Shown piece by piece: positions 1-14,010 of a stretch of DNA of 64,000 nt (the first letter of the stretch is position 1; each line of letters opens with the position of its first letter). The stretch is from Alphaproteobacteria bacterium (GTDB lineage Bacteria; Pseudomonadota; Alphaproteobacteria; UBA828), in the NCBI GenBank assembly GCA_963667785.2, contig CAXXMU010000006.1:352001-416000 (forward strand). Direction: 5' to 3'. Below the pieces are notes generated by a model. The model ran no database searches and had not been told where the DNA came from. It saw only the letters and a list, made by a program, of their open reading frames with translations. The position numbers and the translations under genes were made by a program.

Positions 1-172
1 CGCGAAGCTCCGCCACCGACTTGGTCTTGTGCGTGCCGGCGCGCCGCTTGGCGAGCTGCCAGCGCACCGTGCGGTGCATCAGGTCGGGCCGCACGGGCGC
101 GCCGAACACAGCCTCGGCGAGCTCGATCTCGCCGACCTGCTTGGCGTCGAGGTCGATGACGTCGACCTTCAC
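1..172 (-). CDS. rplD: 50S ribosomal protein L4, N-terminal part (runs off window start)
   Basis: Manual translation from GTG at 172: [51 protein letters not shown]; GTGA overlap with the rplC stop; S10 operon order. Confidence 0.95.
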   Translation of the reverse strand, partial: MKVDVIDLDAKQVGEIELAEAVFGAPVRPDLMHRTVRWQLAKRRAGTHKTKSVAELR

Positions 173-975
173 GACGACTCCTCCCCTGCGCCGTCCGCAG
201 CGCTCTCGGCGGACGTCTCGCCGACATCCTCCTCAGGCGTCTCGGCCTCCTCGGGCGCGCGCTCGTCTGCCTCCGGCGCCACCTCGATCCCCGCCGGGAA
301 CGGCACGTCCTCCGGCAGGGGGCGCTTCTTGGCGTCGGAGAGCAGGATGACGCCGCCCTTCGGCCCCGGTACGCCGCCCTTGACCATGATCAGGCCGCGC
401 GCCGTGTCCGTCGCCACCACCTCGAGGTTCTGCACGGTTGCGCGCGCGTGCCCCAGATGGCCCGCCATCTTCTTGCCCTTGAAGACCTTGCCCGGATCCT
501 GGCACTGGCCGGTCGAGCCGTGGGAGCGATGCGAGACCGAGACCCCGTGACTCGCGCGCAGGCCCGAGAAGTTGTGCCGCTTCATCCCGCCGGCGAAGCC
601 CTTGCCGATCGAGGTGCCGACCGCATCGACGAACTGGCCCGTGGCGAAGTGATCGACGCTGAGGGTGGCGCCCACGTCCACCAGCGCATCCTCGCTGACG
701 CGGAATTCGGCCACGTGGCGCTTGGGCTCGATGCGCGCCTTGGCGAAGTGGCCGCGCAGCGCGCGGCTGGTGTTCTTGACCTTGACGCGGCCGGCGCCGA
801 GCTGCAGCGCCACATAGCCGCCGCGCTCGCGGGTCCGCTGGGCGATGACCTGGCAACCGTCCACGCGCAGCACCGTGACCGGCACATGCTCGCCGTCGTC
901 GTTGAAGACGCGGGACATGCCGAGCTTCTCGGCTATCACGCCCGTGCGCCTGCGCGCTGATACCTGGCCGGCCAT
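169..975 (-). CDS. rplC: 50S ribosomal protein L3
   Basis: [27 protein letters not shown] and GKKMAGH motifs; follows rpsJ. Confidence 0.98.
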   Translation of the reverse strand: MAGQVSARRRTGVIAEKLGMSRVFNDDGEHVPVTVLRVDGCQVIAQRTRERGGYVALQLGAGRVKVKNTSRALRGHFAKARIEPKRHVAEFRVSEDALVDVGATLSVDHFATGQFVDAVGTSIGKGFAGGMKRHNFSGLRASHGVSVSHRSHGSTGQCQDPGKVFKGKKMAGHLGHARATVQNLEVVATDTARGLIMVKGGVPGPKGGVILLSDAKKRPLPEDVPFPAGIEVAPEADERAPEEAETPEEDVGETSAESAADGAGEESS

Positions 976-983
976 GACGCCCT

Positions 984-1298
<315 letters not shown>

Positions 1299-1334
1299 CG
1301 TGCCTGCCCGGTCCTTGTCCGTATCCGCCGCGCT

Positions 1335-2525
<1,191 letters not shown>

Positions 2526-2563
2526 CGGTGCTCTCTCTCAGGGGGTCTCTCTCGGCCACTCGA

Positions 2564-4639
<2,076 letters not shown>

Positions 4640-4665
4640 GACCGTCTATCCGCGAACGCCTGCGC

Positions 4666-5136
4666 CTACCAGCGGTAGTGCGAGAAGGCGCGGTTGGCCT
4701 CGGCCATGCGGTGGGTGTCTTCCCGCTTCTTGACGGCGACGCCGCGGCTGGCCGCGGCGTCGAGGAGCTCGTTGCTGAGGCGATCGACCATCGTGGTCTC
4801 GGAGCGATCGCGCGTCGCGCCGATGAGCCAGCGGATCGCCAGCGTCTGGCGCCGGTCCGGCCGGACCTCGGTCGGCACCTGGTAGGTGGCGCCGCCGACC
4901 CGGCGGGAGCGCACCTCGACCGCCGGCTTCACGTTGTCGAGCGCCTCGTGGAACACCCTGACCGGATCCTGCCCGGTCTTGTCCCTGATGCGGTCGAGCG
5001 CGCCATAGACGATACGCTCGGCCGTGGACTTCTTGCCGTCGAGCATCAGCGAGTTCATGAACTTCGCCAGCACCACGTCGCCGTGACGGGGATCGGGATT
5101 GACGGTTCTGCGCTCGGCAGCGCGGCGACGAGACAC
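4666..5136 (-). CDS. rpsG: 30S ribosomal protein S7
   Basis: [11 protein letters not shown] and [13 protein letters not shown]. Confidence 0.99.
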   Translation of the reverse strand: MSRRRAAERRTVNPDPRHGDVVLAKFMNSLMLDGKKSTAERIVYGALDRIRDKTGQDPVRVFHEALDNVKPAVEVRSRRVGGATYQVPTEVRPDRRQTLAIRWLIGATRDRSETTMVDRLSNELLDAAASRGVAVKKREDTHRMAEANRAFSHYRW

Positions 5137-5157
5137 CGGGAGGCTCCCTCTGCTTCG

Positions 5158-5529
5158 CTATTTCGGGCGCTTGGCGCCGTACTTGGAGCGCCGCTGACGG
5201 CGGTCCTGGATGCCCTGGGTGTCAAGCGAGCCGCGAATGATGTGATAGCGCACGCCCGGCAGATCCTTCACCCGGCCGCCGCGAATCATCACCACAGAAT
5301 GTTCCTGAAGATTGTGCCCCTCGCCGGGGATGTAGCTGGTTACCTCGAAACCGTTGGTGAGCCGGACGCGCGCGACCTTGCGCAGTGCCGAGTTGGGCTT
5401 CTTCGGCGTCGTCGTGTAGACGCGCGTACAGACGCCCCGCTTCTGCGGACACGACTGCAGCGCCGGCACCTTGTTGCGTGCGGCGGGCGCCGTGCGCGGC
5501 TTGCGGATCAGCTGGTTGATCGTCGGCAT
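5158..5529 (-). CDS. rpsL: 30S ribosomal protein S12
   Basis: Start moved to ATG 5529 (MPTINQL); [10 protein letters not shown] and [12 protein letters not shown] motifs; 123 aa. Confidence 0.99.
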   Translation of the reverse strand: MPTINQLIRKPRTAPAARNKVPALQSCPQKRGVCTRVYTTTPKKPNSALRKVARVRLTNGFEVTSYIPGEGHNLQEHSVVMIRGGRVKDLPGVRYHIIRGSLDTQGIQDRRQRRSKYGAKRPK

Positions 5530-5707
5530 CGCGGCGGTTCCAGGTTCGACAAACAGCGCGGCGCGTGCAGGTGGATGGAGGCTAGCGGCGACGCCCCGCT
5601 TCCCCACCGCCGGCCCGCGCCGACCCATCGGAATCTCTCTCGAACACAAAGCATGGCAACAGGCGCCCGGAGGCGCGCCGACCAGCCTCGTCGGCAAGAG
5701 GAGGCGC

Positions 5708-5736
5708 ATCCTAGTGTCGAGCCCAGCCATCGTCAA
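5708..5736 (-). promoter_or_regulatory. Predicted sigma70 promoter of the str/S10 operon
   Basis: Minus strand TTGACG-N17-TAGGAT, about 180 bp upstream of rpsL. Confidence 0.65.
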
Positions 5737-5843
5737 GCGGCAAGAATGCCCGATTAAACAATAAATTCCGCATGAGAACGCGGACCGGAAGCGGCCGTAG
5801 CGTGTATCGTAGCGCCGGGAGAATCCGGCGCGGAGAAGTGGGC

Positions 5844-7106
5844 ATGAACGTTCTGGTCGTGGGCTCGGGCGGACGCGAGCACGCGCTCTGCTGGCGCCTC
5901 GCGGCGTCGCCTCTGCTGGAGTCCCTCTGGTGCGCGCCGGGCAACGCCGGAATCGAGAACGAGGCCAGGTGCGTCGCGATCGATCCTATGGACTTCGACG
6001 GCCTGGTCGCCTTCTGCCGCGCCAACGCGATCGATTTCGTCGTGGTGGGGCCCGAGGCGCCGCTCGTCGCCGGCCTGGTCGACCGGCTCGAGGCGGACGG
6101 CATCGCCGCCTTCGGGCCGCGTGCGGCCGCGGCGCGGATCGAGGGATCGAAGGGCTTCATGAAGGATCTCTGCGTGCGCTGCGGGGTGCCGACCGCCGCC
6201 TACCGGCACGTCGCCTCGCTGGCGGACGCCGAGGCCTTCATCGCAGCCCAGGGAGCGCCGCTTGCGGTCAAGGTGGACGGGCTCGCCGCAGGCAAGGGCG
6301 TCGTGCTGGCGGAGACCGAGGACGAGGCGCTCGAGGCGGCGCGCGCGGCCCTCGGCGGCGCCTTCGGCGAGGCCGGCGCCACGCTGGTGATCGAGGAAAT
6401 GCTGGAGGGCGAGGAAGCCAGCTATTTCGCCCTGGTCGACGGCGAGACGGTGCTGCCGCTGGAGACCGCGCAGGATCACAAGGCGGTCGGCGACGGCGAT
6501 ACCGGGCCCAACACCGGCGGCATGGGGGCCTATTCGCCGGCGCCGGCGATGACCCCGGCGCTCTGTGAGGAAGCGCGGGAGCGGATCGTGGCGCCGCTCG
6601 TGCGCGGCCTCGCGGCTGCCGGCACGCCCTATGCGGGCGTCTTCTACGCCGGCCTGATGCTCACCGCGGAGGGACCGAAGCTGCTGGAGGTCAACGCCCG
6701 CTTCGGCGACCCCGAGTGCCAGGTGCTGATGCCGCGCCTCCGCTCGGACCTGCTGGCGGCGCTGCTGGCCGCCCGCGACGGCGAGCTCGGGGATTTCGAC
6801 CTGCGCTGGCATGACGATGCCGCGCTCTGCGTCGTGCTGGCTGCGGCCGGCTATCCGGGCTCTTATGAGAAGGGCAGCACGATCCGGGGCATCGACGCGG
6901 CCGAAGCGCTGGACGGCGTCACCCTGTTCCATGCCGGGACGGCGCGCGCGGGCGCGGACATCGCCGCCGCAGGCGGCCGTGTGCTCGGCGTGACGGCGCT
7001 GGGCGAGACCGTCGCGGCCGCTCAGGCCCGCGCCTACGAGGCGGTCGGGCGCATCGACTGGCCCGAGGGATTCTGCCGCAGGGACATCGGCTGGCGCGCG
7101 GTCTGA
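5844..7106 (+). CDS. purD: Phosphoribosylamine--glycine ligase
   Basis: [33 protein letters not shown] and RFGDPE motifs; start moved to ATG 5844. Confidence 0.98.
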   Translation: MNVLVVGSGGREHALCWRLAASPLLESLWCAPGNAGIENEARCVAIDPMDFDGLVAFCRANAIDFVVVGPEAPLVAGLVDRLEADGIAAFGPRAAAARIEGSKGFMKDLCVRCGVPTAAYRHVASLADAEAFIAAQGAPLAVKVDGLAAGKGVVLAETEDEALEAARAALGGAFGEAGATLVIEEMLEGEEASYFALVDGETVLPLETAQDHKAVGDGDTGPNTGGMGAYSPAPAMTPALCEEARERIVAPLVRGLAAAGTPYAGVFYAGLMLTAEGPKLLEVNARFGDPECQVLMPRLRSDLLAALLAARDGELGDFDLRWHDDAALCVVLAAAGYPGSYEKGSTIRGIDAAEALDGVTLFHAGTARAGADIAAAGGRVLGVTALGETVAAAQARAYEAVGRIDWPEGFCRRDIGWRAV

Positions 7107-7120
7107 AAGCACGCGCCTCC

Positions 7121-7148
7121 TTGGCGAAGCGCGGCGCGGGTCTATAAT
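7121..7148 (+). promoter_or_regulatory. Predicted sigma70 promoter, probably giving a leaderless ate/bpt mRNA
   Basis: TTGGCG-N16-TATAAT ending 7 nt before the ATG at 7156; no SD present. Confidence 0.55.
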
Positions 7149-7155
7149 CGGGCCG

Positions 7156-7953
7156 ATGACCAGCGAGAATCGTCCGCTCGTGCGCGAACACCCGGTAACG
7201 CCGGCTGTGCCGCTCCGCGGCGGGCTGAGATTCCTCGGCGTCACCCCGCTCCGCCCCTGCCCCTACCTGCCGGGACGCCTCGAGCGCACCATCGTCACCC
7301 CGCTCGCCGGGCGGCGCGCCGGCGACGCCTACGACGAGATGCTGCGCGGCGGCTTCCGCCGCAGCCACCTCGCCGCCTACCGGCCCGCGTGCCCGGGCTG
7401 CCGGGCCTGCGTCTCCGTGCGGGTCTGCGTGAACGCCTTCTCCCCCAGCCGCTCGCTCCGCCGCGTCGGCGCGCGCAACGCGGGCGTGGCGCTGACCGTC
7501 ATGCCGGCGCTGGCACGGCCCGATCACTACGCGCTCTTCCGGCGCTATCTGGCGGCCCGCCACCCGGACGGCGCCATGGCGGGGATGGGGCGCGAGGGCT
7601 ACGGCGCGCTGATCGAGGAAAGCGCGCTGGACACGCGCCTCGCGGAGTTCCGCACGTCCGACGGGAGCCTCTACGGCGTCTGCGTGGTCGATGTCGTCGC
7701 CGACGGCCTCTCGGCGGTCTATTCCTTCTACGAGCCGGACCGGATCAAGGACAGTCCAGGCAGCTACATGATCCTCAGGCTGCTCAGCGAGGCCCGCGCC
7801 CGGGCCCTGCCCTACCTCTATCTCGGCTACTGGATCGACGGCTGCGACAAGATGGACTACAAGGCCCGCTTTCGCCCGCTCGAAGTGCTGGGCGCCAACG
7901 GCTGGACCGTGCTCGATGCGCGAGCGACGGGCCGCGGCGCCCCGGATCATTGA
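7156..7953 (+). CDS. bpt: Arginyl-tRNA-protein transferase family protein (Ate/Bpt, Asp/Glu leucyltransferase)
   Basis: CPYLPG, GFRRS..AYRPAC..C..C, LSAVYSFY and YLYLGYWI...KM.YK motifs. Confidence 0.92.
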   Translation: MTSENRPLVREHPVTPAVPLRGGLRFLGVTPLRPCPYLPGRLERTIVTPLAGRRAGDAYDEMLRGGFRRSHLAAYRPACPGCRACVSVRVCVNAFSPSRSLRRVGARNAGVALTVMPALARPDHYALFRRYLAARHPDGAMAGMGREGYGALIEESALDTRLAEFRTSDGSLYGVCVVDVVADGLSAVYSFYEPDRIKDSPGSYMILRLLSEARARALPYLYLGYWIDGCDKMDYKARFRPLEVLGANGWTVLDARATGRGAPDH

Positions 7954-7982
7954 CCGCAACCATCCAAGGGAGACCCCAGGAC

Positions 7983-9095
7983 ATGAGCACGAAGATAGGA
8001 CGACGCAGCCTCCTCAAGGGAACGGCCATCGCCGGCGCGGCCGCAGCCGTCGCCGCCGCATCGTCGAGCTTCCCCGCGCCCGCGATCGCGCAGGGCAAGA
8101 TGGAGCTCAAGCTGGCCACCTCGTGGCCGAAGCAGTTCCCGGGCCTCGGCACCGGCGCGCAGCGTCTCGCCGACCGCATCACCGACGCGACCGAAGGACG
8201 CATCGAGGTCAAGCACTACGGCGGGGGCGAGCTGGTACCGCCGCTCGGCTGCTTCGACGCCGTCTCGGAGGGTGCCGCGGACCTCTACCACTCCGCCGAG
8301 TACTACTGGCAGGGCAAGTCCAAGGCCTTCAACTTCTTCGCCACCGTCCCGTTCGGCCTGACGGCTGACGAGGTCAACGCCTGGGTCTACCACGCCGGCG
8401 GCCAAGAGCTCTGGGACGAGCTCGGCGCCGACTTCAACGTGAAGCCGCTGATGGCGGGCAACACGGGCGTCCAGTGGGGCGGCTGGTTCAACAAGGAGAT
8501 GAACTCGCTCGAGGACTACAAGGGCCTCAAGATGCGCATGCCGGGCCTCGGCGGCGAGGTGCTGCGCCGCGTCGGCGCCAACGCCCTGCTGCTGCCGGGC
8601 GGCGAGATCTATCCGGCGCTGGAGGCAGGCACCATCGACGCCACCGAGTGGGTGGGGCCGTGGAACGATCTCGCCTTCGGCTTCTACAAGGTGACCAAGT
8701 ACTACTACTGGCCCGGCTTCCACGAGCCCGGCACGGTGCTGAGCTGCGGCATCAACAGGGGCGTGTGGGAGAGCCTCAGCGATGCGGACCGGAGCCTGAT
8801 CGAGAGCTGCTGCGCCGCCGACAACGCGGTCATGCTGGCCGAGTTCAACGCGCGCAATGCCGGTGCGCTGGACACGCTCATCAACGAGCACGGCGTGCAG
8901 GTGCGGCGCGTTTCGGACGACATGCTGAAGGCACTCGGAGAGCAGTCGGCCCAGGTGGTCGCCGAGGTGGGCGCCGAGGGCGGCATCACCCAACGCGTCT
9001 ACGAGAGCTTCTCCGCCTTCCGCAAGACGGCGGTGCCGTACAACGAGCGCTCGGAGCTTGCCTACGGGAGCGCCCGGCTTCTGACCGCCCAGTAG
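7983..9095 (+). CDS. dctP: TRAP transporter substrate-binding protein (DctP/TakP-like), Tat-exported
   Basis: Start ATG 7983 with GGAGA upstream; GRRSLLK Tat motif, GLKMRMPGLGG, IDATEWVGP. Confidence 0.93.
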   Translation: MSTKIGRRSLLKGTAIAGAAAAVAAASSSFPAPAIAQGKMELKLATSWPKQFPGLGTGAQRLADRITDATEGRIEVKHYGGGELVPPLGCFDAVSEGAADLYHSAEYYWQGKSKAFNFFATVPFGLTADEVNAWVYHAGGQELWDELGADFNVKPLMAGNTGVQWGGWFNKEMNSLEDYKGLKMRMPGLGGEVLRRVGANALLLPGGEIYPALEAGTIDATEWVGPWNDLAFGFYKVTKYYYWPGFHEPGTVLSCGINRGVWESLSDADRSLIESCCAADNAVMLAEFNARNAGALDTLINEHGVQVRRVSDDMLKALGEQSAQVVAEVGAEGGITQRVYESFSAFRKTAVPYNERSELAYGSARLLTAQ

Positions 9096-9113
9096 GCTCG
9101 CAAGTCGCGCGTT

Positions 9114-9191
9114 CGGGGCGGGCGGCAGAGGCCCGCCCCGCCTCGCGCCGGACGTCGCTGGATTGGCCCGGCGCCACTCGGGGGCGCCGGG
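9114..9191 (+). terminator. GC-rich hairpins after the SBP gene (terminator or mRNA-stabilising)
   Basis: 10-bp stem CGGGGCGGGC/GCCCGCCCCG (9114-9140) and 9-bp stem CCCGGCGCC/GGCGCCGGG (9167-9191); no U-tract. Confidence 0.45.
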
Positions 9192-9263
9192 ACGGTGCGC
9201 ACGAGGGCCATTGCCGCGTCGGAGTGCCGGCGCCTGAAGGGAGCACCGGCCGCCTGAAATGAG

Positions 9264-9827
9264 ATGCAGGCGTCTCTCTCCGCATTAGCCGCGCTCACAC
9301 GCGTCATCGACGTGGCCAACGAGCACGTCGGCCGCGTCGCGTCGTGGCTCGCGCTGCTCATGGTGCTCCTCCAGTTCGTCGTCGTGGTGATGCGCTACAT
9401 CTTCGGGTGGGGCTTCATCGCGATGCAGGAAGGGGTGATCTACCTCCACGCCACCCTCTTCCTCGTGGGTGCGGGCTACACGCTGCTCCACGGCGGCCAC
9501 GTTCGCGTCGACATCTTCTACCGCGACGCGCGCCCGCGCCTGCGCGCGCTGATCGATCTCCTCGGCGTCATTCTCTTCCTGATGCCGGTCTGCGTGATCA
9601 TCGGCTGGGCGAGCTGGCCCTATGTGGAGCAGTCCTGGTCGGTGTTCGAAAGTTCGGCGGAAACCAGCGGCATTCCGGCGATCTACACGCTCAAGTCGAT
9701 GATCCTGGCCTTCGTGGTGCTCATCTCCTTGCAGGGCCTCTCGCTGGCTCTCAACGCGGTGCTGACGCTCGCCGGGCGAAGGGCGCGCCACGACGAGACC
9801 GCAGAAGCAGGCGGCGAGGCCGCCTGA
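9264..9827 (+). CDS. dctQ: TRAP transporter small permease
   Basis: Four hydrophobic segments; GAGYTL..GHVRVDIFY motif. Confidence 0.93.
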   Translation: MQASLSALAALTRVIDVANEHVGRVASWLALLMVLLQFVVVVMRYIFGWGFIAMQEGVIYLHATLFLVGAGYTLLHGGHVRVDIFYRDARPRLRALIDLLGVILFLMPVCVIIGWASWPYVEQSWSVFESSAETSGIPAIYTLKSMILAFVVLISLQGLSLALNAVLTLAGRRARHDETAEAGGEAA

Positions 9828-9833
9828 CCCGCC

Positions 9834-11426
9834 ATGCCTGTCGGCGAAGTCCTCGTCATCGTCATGTTCGTGACGACCTTCGCCTGTCTGCTGGCGGGGT
9901 TCCCGGTGGCCTTCACGCTGTCGGGCGTGGCCGCGCTGTTCGGCCTCTTCTCCTACGCCTTCGGCGTCTTCGACATCAGCTTCATGCGCGCCATGCCCCA
10001 GCGCATCTTCGGCAACGCGATGTGGAACGAGGTGCTGATCGCCGTGCCGCTCTTCGTCTTCATGGGCGTGATGCTGGAACGCTCGAAGGTGGCGGAGGAG
10101 CTGCTGGAGGCCATGGGGCGGCTCTTCGGGGGCTTGCGCGGCGGAATCGGGCTCTCGGTGATTACCGTGGGCGCGCTGCTCGCCGCCTCCACGGGGATCG
10201 TCGGCGCCACCGTCGTGACCATGGGCCTGCTCTCGCTGCCGACGATGCTCAGGCGCGGCTACGACCCCAAGCTCGCGACCGGGGCGATCTGCGCCTCCGG
10301 CACCCTCGGCCAGATCATCCCGCCGTCGATCGTGCTGGTGATCCTCGGCGAGCAGATCTCGAATGCCTATGTCGACGCGCAGCGTGCCATCGGCAACTGG
10401 TCGCCGGAGCCGGTATCGGTGGGCGACCTCTTCGCCGGCGCCCTGCTGCCGGGGATGGTGCTCGTCGCGCTCTACATGCTCTACGTGATCGTCGTCGCCT
10501 GGCTGCGGCCGGCCGCGGCACCGGCCATTCCGCGCGGCGAGCTGGGCGGCGACTGGCGCGAGGTGTGGCGGCGCACCGGACGCGCGCTGGTGCCGCCGAT
10601 CGTGCTCATCATCGCCGTGCTCGGCTCGATTCTGGGCGGCATCGCGACCCCGACGGAGGCCGCGGCCGTGGGCGCCGTGGGCTCGCTGATCCTCGCCGGC
10701 GCCAGGCTCGCGCCGGGCGGCGGCACCAGGCTCGAGCGCGGTGCCGGCGGCCTCCCGCTCTACGCCGCGGGCGGCGGGCTGATCGTGATGATGGTCCTCG
10801 CCGGCCAGTTCGACCTCGTCGTGACGCGTAGCGGCATCGGCGGACCCGCTATCGCCGCCTTCGCCTGCAGCGCGCTCGTCGTCTACGGCGTGAGCGTCAG
10901 CCTGTGGCGGGTCTGGCGCTCCGGCGTCCTCGTGCCGGTCATGCGGTCGACCATGCAGATCAGCGCCATGGTGTTCGTCATCCTGATCGGCGCCGCTCTC
11001 TTCTCGCTGGTGTTCCGCGGCCTCGGCGGCGACGACATGGTGCACGAGGCGCTCTCCAACGTGCCGGGGGGCGTGATCGGCGCGATGCTCGTGGTCATGC
11101 TGATCATGTTCGCGCTCGGCTTCTTCCTCGACTTCATCGAGATCACCTTCGTGGTGGTGCCGATCATCGCGCCCGTGCTGCTGCAGATGGACATCAACCC
11201 GATCTGGCTCGGCATCATGATGGCGGTGAACCTGCAGACCTCGTTCCTCACGCCCCCCTTCGGCTTCTCCCTCTTCTACCTGCGCGGTGTGGCGCCGCGC
11301 TCGGTCCGCACCGGCGACATCTACAAGGGCGTCATTCCCTTCGTCCTGATCCAGCTCGTGGCGCTTGCCGTGCTCGGCATGTTTCCCGAGCTCACCACCT
11401 GGCTGCCGTCGATCGTCTTCGACTGA
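9834..11426 (+). CDS. dctM: TRAP transporter large permease
   Basis: GTLGQIIPPS, ATPTEAAAVG and LQTSFLTPPFG motifs. Confidence 0.95.
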   Translation: MPVGEVLVIVMFVTTFACLLAGFPVAFTLSGVAALFGLFSYAFGVFDISFMRAMPQRIFGNAMWNEVLIAVPLFVFMGVMLERSKVAEELLEAMGRLFGGLRGGIGLSVITVGALLAASTGIVGATVVTMGLLSLPTMLRRGYDPKLATGAICASGTLGQIIPPSIVLVILGEQISNAYVDAQRAIGNWSPEPVSVGDLFAGALLPGMVLVALYMLYVIVVAWLRPAAAPAIPRGELGGDWREVWRRTGRALVPPIVLIIAVLGSILGGIATPTEAAAVGAVGSLILAGARLAPGGGTRLERGAGGLPLYAAGGGLIVMMVLAGQFDLVVTRSGIGGPAIAAFACSALVVYGVSVSLWRVWRSGVLVPVMRSTMQISAMVFVILIGAALFSLVFRGLGGDDMVHEALSNVPGGVIGAMLVVMLIMFALGFFLDFIEITFVVVPIIAPVLLQMDINPIWLGIMMAVNLQTSFLTPPFGFSLFYLRGVAPRSVRTGDIYKGVIPFVLIQLVALAVLGMFPELTTWLPSIVFD

Positions 11427-11440
11427 GGCGCAGGCGCCGG

Positions 11441-11669
11441 CTAGAGCATTATCCGACCATACGAGGTCGCCACGGCTTGACTCCCACCTCCCCCTGTCCC
11501 CCTCCCCCAAAGGCGGAGGGGGAACGCAAGCGGCGCCGCCTTCTCTCCCTCTCCGCCCCTGGGGGCGGAGAGGGCCGGGGTGAGGTGGGGGAAGCTCGGG
11601 CAACACCGCACGAAGATTGGGCACCCGCAGCAACGCGCTGCGATCGTGTCTGAACGAAAAGTGCTCTAG
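11441..11669. mobile_element. MITE-like element with CTAGAGCA...TGCTCTAG ends, enclosing two inverted REP-like units
   Basis: Ends match 21/30 ungapped as an inverted repeat (first 8 bp perfect); internal CCCACCTC...GGCGGAG.GGG units at about 11483-11523 and 11546-11590 in opposite orientation; lies between convergent genes. Confidence 0.65.
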
Positions 11670-12973
11670 CGCTCCCTCGACCAGGCGGTCACGACGTCGA
11701 TCAGCGCATCGGTGAGCCGGGCGAGGTCGGCCTCGTCGATGGTGAGCGCCGGCGTGACGTAGACGATGTCGGCGAAGGGGCGGACCCAGACTCCGGCATC
11801 GACGAAGCGCGCCTTGAGCCAGTCGATGCGGCTCATGTCGTCGAGCTGAATCACCCCGATCGCGCCGCGAGAGCGGACATCGACCACGCCGGGCAGCGCC
11901 CGCGCCGGCTCGAGCGCGGCCTCGAGGTGGCGTTCGATGGCGTGCGCCTGGGCGAGGCGCGGCTCGCGCTCGAAGAGGTCGAGCGAGGCATTGGCGGCGG
12001 CGCACGCGAGCGGGTTGGCCATGAATGTCGGCCCGTGCATGAGCGCATCGTCCGCCCGCTCCGAGAGGAAGGCCTCGAACACGCGATCGCTCGCCACGGT
12101 CGCGGCGAGCGCCATGGTGCCGCCGGTAAGCGCCTTTGAAAGCGTGACGATGTCGGGCACGACGCCCGCCTGCTCGCAGGCGAACAGCGTACCGGTGCGG
12201 CCGAAGCCGGTCATGATCTCGTCGGCGATGAGCAGCAGCCCGTGCCGGTCGCAGGCCGTGCGGACCGCCTGCAGCGTCTCCGGCTCGTGGAAGCGCATGC
12301 CGCCCGCGCCCTGGACCAGCGGCTCGATGATCACCGCCGCCGCGCTATCCCCCTCGGCATCGAGAAAGGCGTTGAAGGCGGCGATGCCGGCCTCGCCCCG
12401 TGGCAGCGGCACGACATGCTGCTCCGGCAGCGCGCCCGCGAAGAGGCTGTGCATGCCTTCCTCGGGATCGCACACCGACATGGCGGCGAAGGTGTCGCCA
12501 TGGTAGGCGCCCTGGAAGCTGACGAAGCGATGGCGCCCGCGCTCCCCCTGGTTGAAGCGGTATTGCAGCGCCATCTTGAGCGCGATCTCGACGGCGACCG
12601 AGCCGGACTCGGAGAAGAACACGCGGTTGAGCGGATCGGGGAGCAGACCGGCCAGGCGCCGCGCCAGCCGGAGCGCCGGCTCGTTCACCAGGCCACCGAA
12701 CATCACATGGGGCATGCGGGCGAGCTGGTCGGCGACGGCGGTGCGGATGTGGGGATGGTTGTAGCCGTGGCAGGCGGTCCACCAGGACGCGATGCCGTCG
12801 ACCAGCTCGCGGCCGTCCGCGAGGACGATGTGCGTGCCCTCGGTCGCGGCCACCGGCAGCGGCGGCGGCACCGTCGCCATCTGGGTATAGGGCAGCCAGA
12901 TGTGGCGCTCGCCCTCGGCGAACCAGTCGGGCGACGGAACCGCCGGCGCTCCTGCGGCTGAGCGGCACGCCAT
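11666..12973 (-). CDS. bioA: Adenosylmethionine-8-amino-7-oxononanoate aminotransferase
   Basis: HIWLPYTQM, DGIASWWT, SGSVAVEIALKMA, YHGDT, DEIMTGFGRTG and SKALTGG motifs. Confidence 0.97.
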   Translation of the reverse strand: MACRSAAGAPAVPSPDWFAEGERHIWLPYTQMATVPPPLPVAATEGTHIVLADGRELVDGIASWWTACHGYNHPHIRTAVADQLARMPHVMFGGLVNEPALRLARRLAGLLPDPLNRVFFSESGSVAVEIALKMALQYRFNQGERGRHRFVSFQGAYHGDTFAAMSVCDPEEGMHSLFAGALPEQHVVPLPRGEAGIAAFNAFLDAEGDSAAAVIIEPLVQGAGGMRFHEPETLQAVRTACDRHGLLLIADEIMTGFGRTGTLFACEQAGVVPDIVTLSKALTGGTMALAATVASDRVFEAFLSERADDALMHGPTFMANPLACAAANASLDLFEREPRLAQAHAIERHLEAALEPARALPGVVDVRSRGAIGVIQLDDMSRIDWLKARFVDAGVWVRPFADIVYVTPALTIDEADLARLTDALIDVVTAWSRER

Positions 12974-12985
12974 GGCGCGCGCCGC

Positions 12986-13981
12986 CTAGGACGGCATCGG
13001 CTCGATGCCGAGGCGGGCGAAGAGCGCGGCGTCGCGCTCGCGGGCGGGGTTGGGCGTCGTCAGCAGCTCGGACCCGACGAACACCGAGTTGGCACCGGCG
13101 AGAAAGGCCAGCGCCTGCATCTCGTCCGACATCTGCTCGCGCCCGGCGGAGAGCCGCACCACCGAGCGCGGCATGGCGATCCGCGCGGCTGCCACCGTGC
13201 GCACGAACTCGAAGGGATCGAGCGCGTCCCGGCCTGCGAGCGGCGTGCCCTCGACCTGCACCAGCATGTTGATCGGCACGCTCTCCGGATGGCTCGGCAG
13301 GCTCGCGAGCGTGGCGATCATGTCCGCGCGGTCGCGCCGCGCCTCGCCCATGCCGACGATGCCGCCGCAGCAGACGCTGATGCCCGCATCCCGGACGTTG
13401 GCCAGGGTGTCGAGCCGGTCCCGGTAGGTGCGGGTGGTGATGATCTCGCCGTAGAACGATTCGGAGGTGTCGAGATTGTGGTTGTAGTAGTCGAGGCCGG
13501 CGTCGGCGAGCCGGGCCGCCTGGGGCGCACTCAGCATGCCGAGGGTGACGCAGGTCTCCATGCCGAGCGCCTTGACGCCTGTGACCATCTCCGCCACCGC
13601 GTCGAGGTCGCGGTCCTTCGGGCTGCGCCAGGCGGCGCCCATGCAGTAGCGGGTGGCGCCGGCGGCCTGCGCGCGCCGGGCCTCGGCCAGCACCGCATCG
13701 ACCGATATCAGCTTCTCCGCCGCGAGCCCGGTCTCGTAGTGAGCGCTCTGCGGGCAGTAGGCGCAGTCCTCCGGGCAGCCGCCGGTCTTGATGCTGAGCA
13801 GGGTCGACATCTGCACCTGGTTGGCGTCGAAGTGCCGGCGGTGCACGCCCTGCGCCCGGTACATCAGCTCGGCGAAGGGCAGCGCGAGCAGCGCCTCCAC
13901 CTCGGCAGCGGTCCAGTCGTGCCTGAGAGCGGGCGCCGCCACGGGCGGCGGTGCCGCGTCGATCGCCTCGACAGTGTTCAT
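12986..13981 (-). CDS. bioB: Biotin synthase
   Basis: Radical [22 protein letters not shown] and VRLSAGR; start moved to ATG 13981 with GGGAGG SD. Confidence 0.97.
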   Translation of the reverse strand: MNTVEAIDAAPPPVAAPALRHDWTAAEVEALLALPFAELMYRAQGVHRRHFDANQVQMSTLLSIKTGGCPEDCAYCPQSAHYETGLAAEKLISVDAVLAEARRAQAAGATRYCMGAAWRSPKDRDLDAVAEMVTGVKALGMETCVTLGMLSAPQAARLADAGLDYYNHNLDTSESFYGEIITTRTYRDRLDTLANVRDAGISVCCGGIVGMGEARRDRADMIATLASLPSHPESVPINMLVQVEGTPLAGRDALDPFEFVRTVAAARIAMPRSVVRLSAGREQMSDEMQALAFLAGANSVFVGSELLTTPNPARERDAALFARLGIEPMPS

Positions 13982-14010
13982 GATCGCTCGCCTCCCGCCC
14001 TCGACCGCGC

